A stretch of DNA of 64,000 nt, from contig ML996696.1 in the NCBI GenBank assembly GCA_010356995.1, forward strand, positions 126,364 through 190,363. The letters run 5' to 3'. How positions within the stretch are numbered: position 1 is the first letter of the stretch; every line of letters begins with the position of its first letter. The notes below the pieces were generated by a model, which searched no databases, was not told where the DNA came from, and was given only the letters and a program-made list of their open reading frames with translations. This stretch comes from Trichodelitschia bisporula (lineage: Eukaryota). The position numbers were made by a program, and so were the translations under genes. Below, piece after piece: positions 59,386 to 64,000 of this stretch.

Positions 59386-60097
59386 TCAATGAATGTTATT
59401 CCACAACCAATGCTGTGCAACCAGTGATTTGTGCGCCCCGACAATCGACAACGCAAGCGAATATTGGACAGAAGAACCAAGCGCAAGAGAACATTGCAAA
59501 GAGGAAGCAACAGGTATACGCGGTAAATGTACAGATACAGATAGGTACTCAGGGTTCCAGCGAACGAGTTGCCTGTACTGCGAGAGGAAGAGCGCAGTGC
59601 AGCGCTGCAGGGGAAGGAAATAGTCGGCCATGGTTGAACCGCAGGGCACGGACTGGAGTAGTTTTAATACCAGGACGTGCTGTTCCGTGATGCTGGATTT
59701 GACGAGTAAGTCCGTGGACCGGCGGACTAGATCAGTCGCTTGGACCTCCTCCTCAATTTCTTCCTCGATTTCCTCCTCGATTTCCTCCTGAATTTCGTCC
59801 TCGATTTCGTCCTCGAGAGTCCTTGAATGATCGATCCGGGCACCCTTGTGGACATCGAGTATAGGCTGCACAATGGCATTCAAATCGCGAGAAACGCGGG
59901 CAAGACATGGTAGCGCGCCATCTGGAAGGAAGAGTAGAATCCGGGAGTGGAGGTCGATGGGAAGGGAGGTGAAGTGGGCGCCGCATGGCTTGCGGTCGGC
60001 GAAGTGCAAGAGCCGTGTAGTTGAACGGCGTTTGAGGGTGGAAGGAGGATCTGAGGGGGATGATGAAGCTTCGTTGAAGACTAATGCGTCGGATCAT
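59386..60097 (-). pseudogene. F-box-like family member J with an acidic (EEEI)n repeat; 5' part frameshifted
   Basis: HFTSLPIDLHSRILLFLPDGALPCLARVSRDLNAIVQPILD...EDEIEDEIQEEIEEEIEEEIEEE. Confidence 0.6.
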
Positions 60098-60613
60098 GGC
60101 GCAAGGCTGAGGGGGAGGATGGGCTTGGCTCCGGGCCGAAAGGTAGGTTAGAAGAGAAAAGTGCACCAGGCAGAAGGCTTAGCGGCGAGTCGAAAATTGC
60201 TGGAAAGACGAATAACTCATTATTTTAAATAGGATGCGGCTCTGTCGCTCGTTGGGGTTGTGTTGTTTCTACCGAACGGCGCATTGGTCGCTTCAAGAGG
60301 CCGTACCAGAGGCCGTTTTTCAAGGCGGCCGATATTTTCGGGCAACCACCCATTTCACCTGCTAATTTAGAAGACCCCAGATAAACATTGCGCTGGCAAT
60401 TATAACCCTCCAGAAACACACCACAGGTGCGCGGAAGTACTCCTCCAAGGCAAAGTAGCAGGAGAGGCTATTCGACACGGATCAGCAGAACACGCCACGC
60501 CCCGATATTATCGGGCAACCAACCTCACATGCCAGTTTAGAATACCGCAGATAAACTCGTACTGTCCATTACAAACATTCAGAGACACAGATTAGCCGTC
60601 CCACCCCCCCAAA

Positions 60614-61093
60614 CTACCGCCTACTGCTCTCCCCCTCCCCTTCATCCCGCGGCAACCTAACCCCCATCATGCCCATCATATTCCCCGCCGGCCCCGCCAG
60701 CCCAGCCTGTCCCTTTAGCGCCTCCAACATATTCCTTGCCAAATTGACGTCGATGTCGAGTTCGGCCTCCTCATCCTCATCCTCCTCCTCCTCGGCGTCA
60801 GACGTGGCAGGATCGGCACTTGTGGGTTCGATCGCCTTTTCCTTCCCCTTGCCCTTGCCCTTCTCTACCGGAACATCGAGACTCAGCGCGCCCGCAGCCC
60901 GCAGTTCGGTTTCCATTTGCGCGGATAGCGCGTGGATGGCCGCCTCGTCGTCCTCCTCGTCTTCGGCCTCGGGTACACGCTCCAGGGGACGCGCGTCCGG
61001 CTCCGCAGGCATGCCCATCATCTCGCGCATCAACCGCGCAAACTCATTCTCGTCGAACGAAACCTCCCTGTCCTCATCCTCATCCTCTTCGTC

Positions 61094-61137
<44 letters not shown>

Positions 61138-62465
61138 CATCCATCTCATCCCCCTCCTCCCCCTCAACACCCTCCACCCCCCCCCCCTCATTCAAAAACC
61201 CCTCAAACCTCTCCACCATCCGCCGTAAATTCTTCTGCGCCGCCTGATCCCCAAACTCCCCCCCCTTCTTCCCCGCCAACTCCGCCTCAAAATCACCATA
61301 ATCGATATCAAGCCAATCCTCAGCATCGTCCCTCACCGGCCACGCCGCAATCTCCTCATCCGACGGCAGGCTCTCCTCCCCCGCGCCCAAATCCTCGAGC
61401 AAAAGCCGAATCTCCCGCACAGCGCGCTTATCCGCGTTCGCCGGGTCAGCAAGCATCATCTCGAACCCGCACACGAGCTTCATGCCCAGCTGCGCGCGCC
61501 CCTCGGCCGCAGGCGTCTGAGCTGCCGCAATAGCAGCTGCCCAGGCCGCTGTCGGTGGATCGAAGACCTGCGAGCGCAGCTGTGCGAAACCGACCTTTGT
61601 GAAGCGCACGGTGGTGGTGACGAAATCAAAGGGCGGAAAGACGGGTGTGGGGCTCTTGAGGGCGCGCAGGGAAATCGGGTCGCGCAGGTAGAAGGCTTCG
61701 ATTGCGGGGGCGATGGTTGCGGGAAGGGCGTGCAGGATGAAGGCTAGGATGCGGGGGAGGGGGAGGGGTGTGTGGTGCAGGCTGGATTGGATGGCGGCGG
61801 GGTACGCGGAGAGGCGGTGCAGGGCTTCGGATTCGATGAGCGGGGAGTGGATTAGCTTTTCGGGCGTTGAGGACAGGAAAGTGAGTGCTTGGGTGAGGGT
61901 GAGGTTGCGCGGCGTTGGGGTGCTGTCTGTTGGCTTGAGGGGGATGATTTGCAGTGTCCCGGCGTGGAGCCAGACTCTGTGGTCTGCGACCTCGGGGTTC
62001 AGCCACTTGGGCAGCGCGGACGCGGCCTCGATGAGCAGGAACTCGCCGTCGGAGTCGTAGACGCGTGTCCATGTGGTTGGGAACTGCGTGCTCAAGGTGT
62101 AGAGGAGGTACACGATGAGCCACTCGTCGGCAATAGAATCGCCGTAGTTCGTACGGCCGCGGAGGAGCCACGTATCTGCCGCAGTTAGCACAATCCACCC
62201 AACATACGCACAGAGTAATACCATCCTCACGCTTCAACTCCAGCCCAAACCCCTCCCGCTGCCAGATATACTCCTTAAGCAACCTCCTCCCCATCTCCGC
62301 CGCCGCCCGCTGCACCTCCCCCAACCTCGCACGCACCTGCCCATCCGCCATCCCCCCATCGCGCACAAAAACCGCATATTCAACCGTATCCTCCGGCAGC
62401 CCGCGCGGGAACCCCTCAAACCCCTCGCCAGGCCACTTAAAACCGTCATCCACAGACTCGGTCAT
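60614..62465 (-). CDS. Ecdysoneless/SGT1-family protein; intron 62176-62221
   Basis: LPEDTVEY, YIWQREGFGL, LRGRTNYGDSIADEWLIVYLL, DSDGEFLLIEAA..LPKWL and AFYLRDPISL motifs, with an acidic C-terminus containing AGPAGNMMG. Confidence 0.93.
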
Positions 62466-62948
62466 GATGTTTGATTTTATATGTGGCGCGGGCCGCTCCG
62501 CTCGTGGCGCATGCGCCCAGGGCCATGTGCAGCACGCACGGACCCACCGGAAACTTACAGCCGCCGCTGTCCGCGAAAACGCCCAGCTTGCCCAGCTACG
62601 ACTTTTCCGGCGCCCTCGGACAAATCTCCGGTGCCCTCGGACAAGACCTCCGGATAGGCACGCGATAGTGCGCCTCAAGCACGCCAAGCACCCAATGGGC
62701 TGATCCCATTCCAACTTCAGCAGGGGAGGTACAGGAATGAAGCTCCTCCATACGGTACCATGGAACCCCACCATGCAGACTCGCGCAGATGGTGTCATCC
62801 CCGCGGCCTCCCGGGGGCGTCATCCGCGCATCACGCCTCGCAAACTCCACCATCGGCCTCCCTCGCCTCCATCCACACTCGGCCTCTATCACCTGAACTT
62901 CACTGAATTTCCCTACACCCTCTACGAGTACCTACCTCGTAACCTACC

Positions 62949-63819
62949 ATGGCCACAATCGGCATAATCGGCGGCACGCGGGGCCTCGGCCGCGCTCTTG
63001 TCGACGAATACACCCGCCGCGCCGGGCACAGCGTCTACGCAACCGCACGGTACACGCCGCCCCTCGGCACTCCCCCCGCCGGGCTGCACTGGATCGGCGA
63101 CGTGGACATCGCGCATGCCGACGCGGCGACCAAAATCTCCGTTCGGTATGGAGAAGCCGGGCCCCTGGACGTGCTCATCATCTCAGCGGGCTACTTCGGC
63201 AAAGAAGAATTCGGACACCTGGACTGGGAAGCCGAGATGCGGATGTATGCGACCAGCGCCGTAGGCCCGGCTTTCTTGGTGCAGAACCTCGTGAAGAGGA
63301 AGATGTTGGGCAAGGGGTCGAAGGTGGTGCTGATTACGAGTGAGAGTGGGAGTATCGGGTTGAGGCATGAGAGTGAGGGGGGGGGGAATTATGGGCATCA
63401 TGCGAGTAAGGCGGCGGAGAACATGGTGGGGAAGCTTTTGAGTTTGGATTTGAAGAAATTGGGGATTGCGGTTGCGATGGTGCATCCCGGGTTTATGCGG
63501 ACGGAGATGACGCGCGGGGTTGGGTTTGATAAGTATTGGGATCAGGGGGGAGGTAAGGCGAACTGCACACGCTTGGAGGGAGAAGATGCTAATGGCTTTG
63601 ATAGCTGTCGAGCCGGCCGTGGCGGCGAAATCCCTCGTCGACTGGATTGACACGTTTGATATCTCGAAGACGGGCGAGTTCTGGGCGCCTCGCGGAGCAG
63701 CGTACGTTCAGCCTTGCCGATCTCCGATCTTGCTAACATCGGTTAGGGACATTGGAACTGCCGAACACGTTCTCGGCCCGAAGGATAAGCTGCCGGTCCC
63801 GCTACAGCTTCCGTGGTAG
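62949..63819 (+). CDS. Short-chain dehydrogenase/reductase (CsgA-like); introns 63553-63604 and 63702-63746
   Basis: IIGGTRGLGRAL, LDVLIISAG, ITSESGS, NYGHHASKAA and VHPGFMRTEMT. Spliced end is PRGAADIGTAEHVLG...LQLPW*. Confidence 0.92.
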
Positions 63820-63850
63820 ACCGCAGCGATGATTCCGTTTCGATAGCCTC

Positions 63851-64000
63851 TGATGGGAGCAAAGGCCCGTTTACGCGCTAAGGCAACTGTAGCCCTTAAG
63901 ATGGAAGTAAAGACGAAGAGAGGACGAGAGGCATAGACTCTCGAGATTAAATACTTAATGCCAACTTTCCTCCATCTCTCCTTCCTTCTATCATGCGCTT
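63851..64000 (+). repeat. Dispersed degenerate repeat family A, copy 4 (runs off the window end)
   Basis: Colinear similarity to 5900-6048. Confidence 0.75.

Noticed and set aside
61095..61140. (TCA)n microsatellite with poly-His/Ser/Ile ORFs
   Set aside because: Antisense of the poly-Asp tract in the ECD/SGT1 gene.

Overview
Gene-dense genomic window from a filamentous ascomycete (Pezizomycotina; inferred from short 42-69 nt GT-AG introns with CTRAC branch sites and from gene content). Recognisable genes are an AA9 LPMO, MTQ2, SDH7/ACN9, GPI1, an AMO1/NUP42-type FG nucleoporin, ERG2, HSP12, a Nif3/YbgI-like small protein, a group II PLP decarboxylase, a RecQ/SGS1 helicase, an intron-containing tRNA-Pro(AGG), PKR1, SMD1, ECD/SGT1 and an SDR. 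Accessory blocks lie between them. (i) A family of about 10 short F-box-like genes and pseudogenes at 7.9-9.3 kb and 50-60 kb shares a promoter/leader and N-terminal module but has unrelated C-termini. (ii) A roughly 13 kb GC-rich, ORF-poor block of nested degenerate repeats (19-32 kb) ends in a five-fold exon-intron cassette whose splice signals are intact. (iii) A dispersed repeat of about 150-200 bp occurs in four copies. Notable unannotated signals: two paralogous intronic box C/D snoRNAs with 18S-complementary guides; a spliced 92-aa membrane-protein gene whose stop lies 10 nt before the GPI1 ATG; an intron-bearing copia-Gag-like gene with an acidic tail; two tandem Cys/His proteins both ending in CaaX; and a long G:U-rich hairpin at 56 kb. 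All family assignments come from motif recognition by eye, with no database searches.
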